A DNA stretch of 64,000 nucleotides from Candidatus Poribacteria bacterium (GTDB lineage: Bacteria; Poribacteria; WGA-4E; JAJDTR01): the NCBI GenBank assembly GCA_965222225.1, contig CBDCTK010000002.1:2592001-2656000 (forward strand). Direction: 5' to 3'. Positions 43,969 to 53,833 of this stretch are shown here, piece after piece. The position numbers and the translations under genes were made by a program. The notes beneath the pieces are model-generated. The model did not search any database and had not been told where the DNA came from. It was given only the letters and a program-made list of their open reading frames with translations. Within the stretch, counting starts at the first letter, position 1. Every line of letters begins with the position of its first letter.

Positions 43969-45060
43969 ATGGGAATTAGCACAGAACTTCAATACGCGAC
44001 GCTGGATGACCTTTATCTTGATGCCAAAAATCCTAGACTTGGCAGACATCAAGCTAATACAAATCATTCTCAAGACGAAGTTCTTGATATGATGAGTGAG
44101 TGGGTACTTGATGAACTCGCTGTGTCGTATTTGGAGAGTGGTTTTTGGACACATGAACCGTTGTTGGTTGTCGAAGAGCAAGTGGATGGAGAGCAGCGCC
44201 TCGTTGTCGTTGAGGGGAATCGACGCCTTGCTGCGCTAATCTATCTTCGTCGGGCAGTTGACGGTCATGAGGTTTTAAAGAAATGGCACTTGCTTGTCGA
44301 AGGGGTTGACGTTCCCAAAGAACTTTTCGTTAAGATTCCCTATATACACGTAGGATCGCGCCAAGAAATCGAGTCGTTCTTGGGGTTTCGGCATGTTACA
44401 GGTATCAAGCAGTGGCATCCCGAGGAGAAGGCGCAATACATTGCCAAATTAATTGATGAACGAGGTATGAGTTACGAAGAAGTGATGCGAAGGATTGGAA
44501 GCAAGACCCCTACAGTTCGACGGCACTATATTTCCTATCGGGTGCTCTTACAGATGATGGACTGTTTGGAAGATTTCTCCGTTGAAGAGGCCAGGGGCCG
44601 ATTCAGCGTTATGTCCCTATCGCTTCGGACACACGGTGTGCAGCAGTATCTTGAAATTGACATGTCAGCCGACCCAAAGGCGGCTAAAACGCCAATACCT
44701 ACAACTCGTCTCAACGCTCTTGAGAACTTTTCGCTGTGGCTATTTGGGAGCCGGAATCAAATTCCGCTCTTCGCCGATTCGCGGCGTGTTGATGATTTCG
44801 GCAGGATTCTTGAAAGCCATCGAGCTGTCGAATATCTTGAAGGAAACAGGAAAGCCAAGTTTGATTACGCATTTCAACTAGCGGGTGGCGATGAATCGGA
44901 AATCGCTAATCTGGTCAACGAAGCGGCTGTAAATGTACAACTAGCGTTGAGCCGCGCCCATCATTACAAGAAATCAGAAGATGTCCAACGGTCAGTAAAG
45001 AGACTAGGGATTGATGTTGAACAATTGCAGAGCGGTTTTCGAAGTATGCGCAATCGGTGA
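43969..45060 (+). CDS. ParB/Srx N-terminal domain protein (defence-associated, not partition ParB)
   Basis: LD..NPRL, EPLLVV, VVVEGNRRLAAL, RHVTGIKQW, then an HTH-like segment. Confidence 0.8.
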   Translation: MGISTELQYATLDDLYLDAKNPRLGRHQANTNHSQDEVLDMMSEWVLDELAVSYLESGFWTHEPLLVVEEQVDGEQRLVVVEGNRRLAALIYLRRAVDGHEVLKKWHLLVEGVDVPKELFVKIPYIHVGSRQEIESFLGFRHVTGIKQWHPEEKAQYIAKLIDERGMSYEEVMRRIGSKTPTVRRHYISYRVLLQMMDCLEDFSVEEARGRFSVMSLSLRTHGVQQYLEIDMSADPKAAKTPIPTTRLNALENFSLWLFGSRNQIPLFADSRRVDDFGRILESHRAVEYLEGNRKAKFDYAFQLAGGDESEIANLVNEAAVNVQLALSRAHHYKKSEDVQRSVKRLGIDVEQLQSGFRSMRNR

Positions 45061-45277
45061 GAAAACCATTCGTCGGACGGCAAACACGAGCCAAAACAAA
45101 CACAAAAATCCAATCTTTTCGATTTTAGAGATGCTCTATCGCTAATGACTGTGAACGTTAAAATTTGCGTCAAGCAATAACCCAACCAATTGACCTAGGG
45201 CGCTTCTTCGTAAGGCGCGAGAAGTTAGATTGGGTTATAATTTTCAATGTCGATTATTTTTGGGGCTAACGACAGGC

Positions 45278-46123
45278 ATGGGAAATGTAATTGCTTTTGG
45301 TTGGTATGGCGGAAAATTTAGTCATCTTGGCTGGCTACTACCATTGTTACCGGATTGTCAGCATTACTGCGAACCTTTTGGAGGGTCGGCTGCAGTCCTG
45401 CTTAATCGAAGTCATTCCCCTGTGGAGACATACAATGATATGGATGGGGAAGTGGCTAATTTCTTCCGTGTACTTCGTGACCAAAAAGAGGCGCTACTTG
45501 AAGGGATTGGCTTGACCCCTTTTTCCCGAGAGGAGTTTGAAAAAGCAATTTCTCTCTCTACCAAAGGCATTTCGGATCTAGAAAAAGCGAGGCGTTTCTT
45601 TATTCGAGCAAGGCAAGTTAGAATTGGGCTTGCACAGAGGGCAAGTTCAGGCCGGTGGGCACATTGCCGATTAACAAGCCGGGCAGGAATGGCGGGAGCG
45701 GTGTCCAGGTGGTTGGGAAGTGTAGAAGGCCTTTCTGAAATTGCACAGAGGCTTTTGCGTGTTCAGATAGAGAATGGCCCTGCTATTGATGTCATCAAGC
45801 GTTATGATAGCAAGGAAACACTGTTTTACTGTGACCCGCCTTATCCGCATGAGTCGCGTGGTGATTCAAGTGCCTATGGATATGAAATGACAAATAGGGA
45901 TCATAGGAAGTTAGCTGATGTTCTTCGTTGTGTTGAGGGAAAGGTTGCCCTGTCAAGTTATCATTGTGATTTAATGGATGAATTGTACAGTGGCTGGACC
46001 TGTATCGAAGCTCCGATTAAGAAGTGTCACTCTGCTAAGGCTCCGAGACGTGAGGTGCTGTGGGTCAACTACTCAACCGAGAAGGAGCAGGAATGCAACA
46101 GCCTTCAGAAATCCTTGATATAG
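45278..46123 (+). CDS. DNA adenine methyltransferase, Dam/D12 class
   Basis: WYGGK, EPFGGS, YND, FYCDPPY, EVLW.NY. Confidence 0.92.
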   Translation: MGNVIAFGWYGGKFSHLGWLLPLLPDCQHYCEPFGGSAAVLLNRSHSPVETYNDMDGEVANFFRVLRDQKEALLEGIGLTPFSREEFEKAISLSTKGISDLEKARRFFIRARQVRIGLAQRASSGRWAHCRLTSRAGMAGAVSRWLGSVEGLSEIAQRLLRVQIENGPAIDVIKRYDSKETLFYCDPPYPHESRGDSSAYGYEMTNRDHRKLADVLRCVEGKVALSSYHCDLMDELYSGWTCIEAPIKKCHSAKAPRREVLWVNYSTEKEQECNSLQKSLI

Positions 46124-47241
46124 CTTTTGAAACTGCTATGGCTCATATTTCAGAGTCTCTTGTGGATGTTATGGATATTGCAGAACGGGTTGAGTTTGTT
46201 TGCCGCAATACCCAAAACCGCGCTTGCGTTCGGTTGTTAATGGCTTGTCTACTGGCAAAAGTCCATAAACCTGAGATTGATATTAGAAAACCTTTTACGG
46301 AAATTGGGGATTCAGATGTTTACTCTGGACGTACCTATGATGAGAGTTATATTTCTACTTTCATCGTTAAGCATGATTTACCATGTAATTCTACCACTGC
46401 GTTTTTAACACCTGCCCTGCGAAACAGAAACATAGCCCTAACCCCGGAAGCCGACTTGGTAGGGCGACCACCAAAACTTTACGAGACAGTTTTAATCCTT
46501 CTAGATCATGTACACTCGGAACAAGTGTGTCCCGATACTTTATTGGCGGAAACTGTGAGAGTCCTTCTGGTTGTCAGAGATGAAAAACGGCACAGAATGG
46601 AATCTTTGCTTACAGGTTTAAAACGTACTGAGGGTAACATTCCGTTATCGGCTGAAGCGATTGTGACGCTCATTGAACAACATTTACAATGTCCGCACCC
46701 CAGTCGTTTGCCTGTGCTAGTTGTCGCAGCCGCTTATCAGTCAGCAGAGAAGTATCTTGGAGAAAGAGGATTGCCTCTTCAAAGTCACACTGCAGCGGAT
46801 GAACAGACCGGAGCGTTGGGTGATTTAGAAATCACGCTAATAGATGATGAAAACGTGGTAACAAGCTATGAGATGAAGATGAAACGGGTTACCCGAGGTG
46901 ATATTGATCGAGCATTGCAGAAGGTGGTGGAACACGACGATCGAATTGATAACTATATCTTTATCACAACAGATGTCATTGAAGATGATGTCATTGAAGA
47001 TGATGTCAGCGAATATGCTGCAGAAATCTATAAAAGGACTGGAGGCATTGAAGTGGTAATTTTGGACTGCATAGCGTTCTTGCGCCATTTTATTCACCTG
47101 TTCCACCGACTACGCATTCAGTTCTTAGAGGCGTATCAGAGTATACTGCTAAGTGAGCCGGATAGTGCTGTCCGACAAGAATTGAAGGAGGCATTTCTAG
47201 CATTACGCGGTGCATTTGAAAGAGTTGAAATCAAGGTATAA
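46093..47241 (+). CDS. Putative restriction endonuclease (SacI-like)
   Basis: Overlaps the MTase 3' end; YSGRTYDE, H.AAD...GDLE...YEMK catalytic-like motif. Confidence 0.7.
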   Translation: MQQPSEILDIAFETAMAHISESLVDVMDIAERVEFVCRNTQNRACVRLLMACLLAKVHKPEIDIRKPFTEIGDSDVYSGRTYDESYISTFIVKHDLPCNSTTAFLTPALRNRNIALTPEADLVGRPPKLYETVLILLDHVHSEQVCPDTLLAETVRVLLVVRDEKRHRMESLLTGLKRTEGNIPLSAEAIVTLIEQHLQCPHPSRLPVLVVAAAYQSAEKYLGERGLPLQSHTAADEQTGALGDLEITLIDDENVVTSYEMKMKRVTRGDIDRALQKVVEHDDRIDNYIFITTDVIEDDVIEDDVSEYAAEIYKRTGGIEVVILDCIAFLRHFIHLFHRLRIQFLEAYQSILLSEPDSAVRQELKEAFLALRGAFERVEIKV

Positions 47242-47461
47242 CCTTTATCTTTGTTAGTTACGTAATTTGTGTACTATCTCTAGGTTACAATCAAAATAGT
47301 ACACATACCATAAAACCCTTAGTCACGCCTTATGAGAACCTGTCAACCCCTTCGGGGCAGGCCTTGGCTCCGCTCGGGTGACCGAACCTCAACGACGCAG
47401 CATTCTATACAACATAGCTACAAAAACTCAAGTCTCAACCCAACGAAAGGCCCTAAACACA

Positions 47462-47713
47462 ATGATACCATTTCTGATCGCAGCATCTATAACCGCATCA
47501 AGTTTCCTACCCTATTACCTCTGGGCTAACGATTTACACACTGCATCCGTTACTGTCGCAATGGGAACAATAATAGCCGCCATAATCGGAACCGCAACCT
47601 ACCTCATCTACAACGCACTCGACACATGCGTTCATAACCTCGCCCACATAGGGCATCAACTCGAAGCCATAATAGGAGGAAAATATGGAAATTCCAAAAG
47701 AGAAGCTACTTGA
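47462..47713 (+). CDS. Small hypothetical membrane protein
   Basis: 83 aa with two hydrophobic segments; overlaps the acoA RBS. Confidence 0.4.
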   Translation: MIPFLIAASITASSFLPYYLWANDLHTASVTVAMGTIIAAIIGTATYLIYNALDTCVHNLAHIGHQLEAIIGGKYGNSKREAT

Positions 47714-48665
47714 AATTTACGAGCGGATGGCAACCATCCGCCAATTTGAAGAGCGGGTGCGCGAAGAGTTCGCCGCAAATCGCATTCCGGGGTTCGTCCA
47801 TCTGTATGCGGGCGAGGAGGCGGTTGCGGTCGGCGTCTGCGCCCATCTGACCGATGAGGATATAATAACCAGCACTCACCGCGGCCACGGTCACTGCATT
47901 GCCAAAGGGGTCGATGTCAAGGCGATGATGGCTGAACTGTATGGGCGCGCCACCGGCGCCTGCAAGGGAAAGGGCGGCTCAATGCACATCGCCGATCTCG
48001 ACCGAGGCATGCTTGGCGCCAACGGCATTGTTGGCGCGGGAATTCCGCTCGCGTGCGGTGCGGCTCTCAGTGCCCAAGTGCTTGGGACTCAGAACGTTGC
48101 TGTCAGTTTTTTCGGTGACGGCGGCGCCAACGAGGGTAGCTTTCACGAAGGTCTGAATCTAGCCGGTGTTTGGCAACTTCCCGCTATCTTTGTGGCGGAG
48201 AACAACGGCTGGGCGGAATCGACGAGCAGCGACTACTCCGTCGCGGGCGCCGATATCGCCGGACGTGCGCGCGCTTACGGCATACGCGGCACCGTTGTTG
48301 ACGGCTTGGACCTCTTCAATGTCTACGAGAAAGCGGGGGAGGCGATTGCCGCAGCCCGCGACGGAGAGGGCCCCGCGCTTTTGGAGTGTAAGACGTATCG
48401 CTTCTACGGTCACCACGAGGGCGACAAGCAGCGCTACAGATCGCAGGAGGAAGTCGAGGAATATCGCAAGAATCATTGCGTCATCAAGAATTTCCGTGCG
48501 CGCATGACCGATGAGAAGGTGTTGACCGACGAGGAGCTTGACGAGATTGAGACGCGGGTTGAGGAGACGATAGAGTCTGCCGTGGCGTACGCGGCTGACA
48601 GCCCGTGGCCCGAGCCGAGCGACGTGACGGAAGATGTCTACGTGAACTACAAGGAGGTTGTATAA
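47685..48665 (+). CDS. acoA: Acetoin/2-oxoacid dehydrogenase E1 alpha subunit
   Basis: HLYAGEEA, STHRGHGH, GGSMH, TPP motif GDG...ENN, TYRFYGH. Confidence 0.88.
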   Translation: MEIPKEKLLEIYERMATIRQFEERVREEFAANRIPGFVHLYAGEEAVAVGVCAHLTDEDIITSTHRGHGHCIAKGVDVKAMMAELYGRATGACKGKGGSMHIADLDRGMLGANGIVGAGIPLACGAALSAQVLGTQNVAVSFFGDGGANEGSFHEGLNLAGVWQLPAIFVAENNGWAESTSSDYSVAGADIAGRARAYGIRGTVVDGLDLFNVYEKAGEAIAAARDGEGPALLECKTYRFYGHHEGDKQRYRSQEEVEEYRKNHCVIKNFRARMTDEKVLTDEELDEIETRVEETIESAVAYAADSPWPEPSDVTEDVYVNYKEVV

Positions 48666-49687
48666 TGAGCGAAGAACGAGAGCTGACCATGGGAGCGGCT
48701 ATCCGCGAGGCGCTTCATCATGAGATGGAGCGCGATTCTACGGTGATCATTATGGGTGAGGATGTCGTCGGCGGAGCAGGTGCGAAGTTGGAAGGTGCCG
48801 AGGACTGCTGGGGCGGACCGTTTGGTATCACCGGAGGACTCGTGGGCAAGTATGGACGAAATCGCATTCGCGACACGCCGATTAGCGAGGCAGGTTTCAT
48901 CGGCGCCGCCATTGGCGCGGCGGCGACGGGACTCAGACCGGTTGCGGCGCTGATGTTCGTCGATTTCTTTGGCATTCCTATGGATCAGATTTTCAATCAG
49001 GGCGCCAAGATTCGCTACATGTTTGGCGGCAAGGCAAAAGTGCCCGTGGTTATCCGCGCGGCGATTGGGGGTGGGATTAACGCCGCGGCGCAGCATTCTC
49101 AATGCCTCTATTCTATCTTCGCGCATATCCCCGGATTGAAGGTTGTGGTTCCATCCACGCCGTACGATGCCAAGGGATTGATGACGGCAGCCATTCGCGA
49201 TGACGACCTTGTTTTCTTCCTTGAACATAAGCGGTTGATGGGATCGAAGGGGCACGTGCCCGAAGAGTCCTATGTTGTCCCGTTAGGCGAAGCATTGGTT
49301 CGGCGCGAAGGCAGTGATGTCACCGTGGTTGCGATCGCGAAGATGGTTGACTTGGCGCTAAGCGCGGCGGAGGGGCTTGAAGCCGAAGGGGTGAACGTCG
49401 AGGTGATAGATCCGCGCTCGTTAAGCCCGTTGGACGGCAGGACGATTGTGGATTCCGTCGAGAAGACGGGGCGGCTTGTGATTGTCGATGAGGACACGCC
49501 GAGATGCAACTTGGCTACGGACATCGCCGCCCTAGCGGCGGACGAAGCGTTCTATAGCCTTGAAGCGCCGATTAAGCGCGTCACGCCTCCGCACACACCT
49601 GTCCCCTTCAGCCCGGCACTGGAAAATGCCTATATCCCGTCGGAAGCCCGGGTTGTGACAGCGATTCGGGAGGTGATGGCTGCATGA
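48665..49687 (+). CDS. acoB: Acetoin/2-oxoacid dehydrogenase E1 beta subunit
   Basis: GEDV, DTPISE, NQGAK.RYMFGG, AAQHSQ, DAKGL; TAATG coupling. Confidence 0.88.
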   Translation: MSEERELTMGAAIREALHHEMERDSTVIIMGEDVVGGAGAKLEGAEDCWGGPFGITGGLVGKYGRNRIRDTPISEAGFIGAAIGAAATGLRPVAALMFVDFFGIPMDQIFNQGAKIRYMFGGKAKVPVVIRAAIGGGINAAAQHSQCLYSIFAHIPGLKVVVPSTPYDAKGLMTAAIRDDDLVFFLEHKRLMGSKGHVPEESYVVPLGEALVRREGSDVTVVAIAKMVDLALSAAEGLEAEGVNVEVIDPRSLSPLDGRTIVDSVEKTGRLVIVDEDTPRCNLATDIAALAADEAFYSLEAPIKRVTPPHTPVPFSPALENAYIPSEARVVTAIREVMAA

Positions 49688-50832
49688 AAGCAGTTGTCTT
49701 CCCCAAATCCGGATTGATTACCGAACAGGGGACTCTCCTTCAGTGGACTGCCTCGGAAGGCGACCGCGTTGAGGAGGGTCAACTTCTGTGCGAGGTCGAA
49801 ACCGAAAAAACCACAATCGAGGTAACCGCGCCCGTATCGGGCCTCCTTCGGAAGATACTTGTCGCCGAGGGCGGCAAGGGGCCCGTGGGCATGACGCTTG
49901 GGTGGGTTGGCGAGGCGGATGAGGAGATTCCCGAAGTCAAAGAGATGCCGACGCTACCGGGGGCAGCGGCAGAGAAGCCAACTCCCGTGGCGGCTGCCAA
50001 GACTCGTCCTCAACGTGCGGCGGCGGGCGGTCGGCTGCGCGCCTCGCCGGCGGCGCGAAAACTTGCAGCGGAGAACGGGATTGATTTGGCTGAAATCTCC
50101 GGCAGCGGTCCCGGCGGCGCCATCACGACCGGGGACGTGGAACGGGCTATTGAAGCCGCAGCGGCAGACGTAGACGCTGAGCGCGTGCCGATGAGTTCAA
50201 TGCGCCGCGCCATCGCCAATCAGACGCAGGAGAGTTTTCAGCAGGCGCCGCACTTCTACCTCAGCTTGGAAGCCGATGCGGAATTGCTGACAGACGGTCG
50301 TCCGGAGGGGGTTTCCATTACGCACTGCCTGATTAAGGCGACTGGGTTGGCGCTTCGCGAGTTTCCCCAAATGCGGGCGCAACTTCAAGGTCAGGAGTTC
50401 CTCATCCCTCACGCCGTGCACGTCGGATTAATCACGGCGGTTGAGGGCGGCTTGTTGGTTCCGGTGGTTCGCGATGCCGATCAGCTCTCGCTCTCCGAGA
50501 TTGCCGACAAAGTGCGCGCCCTCGTCGAGAATGCGCGTGCAGGCAAACTTTCCGGCGACGATGCGTCGGGTGCGGGGTTTAGCATAACCAACTTGGGCAT
50601 GTACGATGTGGAAACATTTCACGCCATTATCCACACGCCCGAATCCGCCATCCTTGCCGTCGGTACGGTCATGGAGAAACCGGTGGTGAAGGATGGGAGC
50701 GTGGTGCCCGGAAAGCGGATGGCACTCACGCTGTCCTGCGATCACCGCGTGGTTGATGGCGTCATCGCGGCGCAGTTTCTGGGGCATCTGAAGGCGCTCC
50801 TGGAGGATGGGTCGGAATTGGGGTTGAAGTAG
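49684..50832 (+). CDS. Dihydrolipoamide acyltransferase E2
   Basis: Lipoyl domain VETEK, E3-binding ASPAARKLA...GSGPGG.I, catalytic DHRVVDG. Confidence 0.92.
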   Translation: MKAVVFPKSGLITEQGTLLQWTASEGDRVEEGQLLCEVETEKTTIEVTAPVSGLLRKILVAEGGKGPVGMTLGWVGEADEEIPEVKEMPTLPGAAAEKPTPVAAAKTRPQRAAAGGRLRASPAARKLAAENGIDLAEISGSGPGGAITTGDVERAIEAAAADVDAERVPMSSMRRAIANQTQESFQQAPHFYLSLEADAELLTDGRPEGVSITHCLIKATGLALREFPQMRAQLQGQEFLIPHAVHVGLITAVEGGLLVPVVRDADQLSLSEIADKVRALVENARAGKLSGDDASGAGFSITNLGMYDVETFHAIIHTPESAILAVGTVMEKPVVKDGSVVPGKRMALTLSCDHRVVDGVIAAQFLGHLKALLEDGSELGLK

Positions 50833-50877
50833 ATGTTCGGGTGTCAGAATTCCAGCGATTTTCGACAGCTTGAGTTA

Positions 50878-51005
50878 CTAGGTTCTGTTGACATTTGACA
50901 GCGCCATCCGTAGGGGTTGGATTTCCCAACCCACATTGGGGAACGGGCGAGGAGACCTCGCCCCTACGATTGGGGCTGCCTCATGTAAATGTCAACTCGT
51001 CCTAG
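50878..51005. mobile_element. Putative MITE with IS5-like ends enclosing GTAG REP hairpins
   Basis: Left CTAGGTTCTGTTGACATTT and right AAATGTCAACTCGTCCTAG (15/19 complementary); internal GTAGGGGTTGG..CCCAACCC and GGGCGAGG-AGA-CCTCGCCCCTAC. Confidence 0.6.
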
Positions 51006-51032
51006 CCATTCCGGTAGAAGGAGGCGTGAAGA

Positions 51033-52245
51033 TTGCCGGTAAAACCGTACACTATTGACAGATCCAGAGCCTGCCTGAAACGCTCGGACGAACTCATGGT
51101 TCGCGGTTGCCAACACTACAAACGGAGCCATGCGATGCTGGAGATGGGCTATCCCGTCTTCACGCAACGCGCCGACGGCGCGCGTTTCTGGGATGTCGAC
51201 GGCAACGAATACCTCGACTTTCTGCTGGGCTTTGGGCCTATCCTTCTCGGCTACAACGATTCTGCCGTCAATGCGGCTCTTGGAAAGCAGATAGCAGAGG
51301 GCACCGTCGTCAGCACTGCCCATCCCAAGGAGTTGGAAGTCGCTCAGATGCTGATTGATCGTATCCCGGTTGCGGAGATGGTGGGTTTTCTTATTGGCGG
51401 GAGCTCGGTTACCAGCGCCGCGTTGCGTCTCGCGCGGGTGTATTACGGGCAGAGAGAAAGTCATTCGATGCGGCTATCACGGTTGGCATTCCTGGACGTG
51501 ACCGGGCGACCCCGGCATACCGGCAGGCATCACCGAGTTGACGCTAGATTTCCCTTACGGCGATCTTGACGCACTGGAAGATCGGTTCAAGGAGCACGAC
51601 AACCAAGTTGCCTGCGTCATCATGGAGTCCGTGCTGGGTGATGGGCCGCCGGAAGGTTTCCTGCAAGGGGTGGTTGACATGGCACACCGCTACGACGCGC
51701 TTGCCGTGTTCGATGAGGTCAAGGTTGGATTTCGCGTGGCGATCGGCGGCGGCAGCGAGTATTACGGCGTAACGCCGGACTTGGCGACGTACGGTAAGGC
51801 GTGCTGCAACGGCTTTCCTGGCAGTTTCGTCGCGGGCAGGAAGGAGATTCTCGGCAGCGAGAAGTGTCAAGCCGCCGGACTCGCGGCTACATTTCACTGC
51901 GACCTGCCCAGCTTGGTCGCGTTGGAGGTGGTCATCAACGAGCTGGAACGGCGTGACGGAATCGCATACCAGTGGAAGATTGGAAACCGTCTAATCGAAG
52001 GCGTCAACAAGGCGTGCGAAGAGGGCGGATTGGGATATAAATTGATAGGTACAGGACCCATGCCCACCCCTAGAATAGAGGAGGAGGATAGAGACCGATG
52101 CATCGCCATGCTTCAGGGGTGTCTGGCGCGCGGTTTCTATCTGCATCCGGGCCATCCGATGTTCTTGAGTTTGGCGCATAGCGAGCAGGACATTGAGGAT
52201 ACCATCGTGGCAGTGGAAGAGTCTATTGCCGATCTTGATTCTTAA
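51033..52245 (+). pseudogene. Class III PLP aminotransferase (GSA aminomutase-like), frameshifted near 51444
   Basis: DVDGNEYLD; removing one T gives ARVYTGREKVIRCGYHGWH; FDEVKVGFR, TYGKA. Confidence 0.85.
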
Positions 52246-52297
52246 GAGGAACAGTATCGTAACATGGAAATGATTACCAATAAGGAGGGCACAACGT

Positions 52298-52993
52298 ATG
52301 CCATATAGCAATCCAACATGGGAACAGCTACGCAAATTGAGGGAACGCATGCGCAATGGCGAAGAGCTCAATATCGCAAACGGAAAACTGGGGATGTCCA
52401 AAAGCGAGATTGAAACGATTCTCGGTGGCGATTCCTATGATATGATCGGTGTTGATAGTCAACATGCCCCATTCAATGAGGAGAAGTTGGTGGAGTTCTG
52501 CGGGATCGCGAAAGAGTTGGAGATGCCGGTTCAATTCCGCATCAAGCACACGCGGCACACCTATCTCCTCGGAAATCTTCTCGATCTCGGTCCGGCGGCG
52601 ATTGTCGTCCCGCAGGTTGAGACCGAGGCAACGGTTGACGAAGCCATTCGCAACTTCTATTATCCGCCGGTGGGTAAGCGGAGTTGGCCGCCGCCCAACG
52701 GTTGGGGCTGGTCAGGCGGCGTTGACCGGGCGGAGTACATTGAATGGTGGAACGAGAACGGCATTCTCTCGTTTCAGATTGAATCCGTTGAGGCGGTGCT
52801 CAATGCGCGGAAACTTGCCAAACCCGGGATTTCCATGATTCACTGGGGTAGGAACGATTTGCATTTTAGCATGGCGATGTATCCCGAACCGCCGTTCGCA
52901 TCGTTTGAGGAGTGCGTGGCACATGTGAAGAAGCAGATGGAGGGGACAGGCGTTAAGGTCTCGTCCGCCGTCGCGCCGGCCGGGCGGCTCTAG
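52298..52993 (+). CDS. HpcH/HpaI aldolase family protein
   Basis: VDSQH, LDLG...VVPQVET, YYPPVGKR, QIES, G.NDL. Confidence 0.82.
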   Translation: MPYSNPTWEQLRKLRERMRNGEELNIANGKLGMSKSEIETILGGDSYDMIGVDSQHAPFNEEKLVEFCGIAKELEMPVQFRIKHTRHTYLLGNLLDLGPAAIVVPQVETEATVDEAIRNFYYPPVGKRSWPPPNGWGWSGGVDRAEYIEWWNENGILSFQIESVEAVLNARKLAKPGISMIHWGRNDLHFSMAMYPEPPFASFEECVAHVKKQMEGTGVKVSSAVAPAGRL

Positions 52994-53220
52994 TTTTCGG
53001 CTCATGGTCGGTGGCTTGACTTTCCCTCGATCTCCGGTCGCAATGGGGAATTCCGACGATTGTCAATGGCGTTGTAGAGCAAATGGTGGGTCGGCGTTTT
53101 GCTAATAGCCGATCCACCCTACAAACGCTTCCAAAGGGTAAACGCTCCCAAGTTGTAATTCGTTTTGTCCTGCCCTAGCAGTAGATTTTTCTAAACTCTC
53201 TCGAAAATTTGGAGGATTTC

Positions 53221-53826
53221 ATGAAACAACTAGCCATTTCGGTCGGCTGCATTCTCTTGGTCATTCTAGCAGGGTGCGGCGCGCCGAAAACCGTCGAACG
53301 CATTGAAACCGACACCACGATTGACCTTTCCGGGGAATGGAATGACACCGATTCTCGTCAAGTTTCCGAAGCCATGATCTCGGATTGTCTGAATCACCCG
53401 TGGATAGGGCGGCACACCGCCCGTTCCCAAGGGAAGAGTCCTGTGGTCATCATTGGCGCCATTCGCAACCGCAGTTCCGAACATATCGCGGTTCCTACAT
53501 TCGTGAACGATATTGAACGGGCATTCATCAACTCCGGCTTGGTGTCCGTGGTCGCGAGCTCCAACGAGCGCGGCAGTCTGCGTGACGAGAAGGACGACCA
53601 GAGCATGTTCGCAACCCCCGAATCCACCAAACAGATGGGACGCGAACTTGGCGCGGATTATATGTTGATGGGGCAGATTAACACCATTGAAGACCGTGAG
53701 GGCGGGAAACAAGTCACCTTTTATCAAGTTGACCTGACCTTGACCGACATTGAAAGCAACCAAAAAATATGGCTTGGGCAGAAGAAAATCAAAAAGTTCA
53801 TTCAACGGAAACGCGCCGCTTTTTAG
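53221..53826 (+). CDS. LpoB-like lipoprotein (PBP activator family)
   Basis: Lipobox LAGC; DLSGEWNDTD, NRSSEHI, GADY.L.G.I, W.G.K.IKK. Confidence 0.8.
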   Translation: MKQLAISVGCILLVILAGCGAPKTVERIETDTTIDLSGEWNDTDSRQVSEAMISDCLNHPWIGRHTARSQGKSPVVIIGAIRNRSSEHIAVPTFVNDIERAFINSGLVSVVASSNERGSLRDEKDDQSMFATPESTKQMGRELGADYMLMGQINTIEDREGGKQVTFYQVDLTLTDIESNQKIWLGQKKIKKFIQRKRAAF

Positions 53827-53833
53827 CCGACTG

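Noticed and set aside
43969-45060. Chromosome partition ParB
   Set aside because: No parA, no parS consensus seen near oriC, and RM context with GNRR rather than GERR.
47300-47460. Possible structured RNA or riboswitch (CCCC-TTC-GGGG hairpin) before the aco cluster
   Set aside because: One small hairpin with no recognisable riboswitch consensus.
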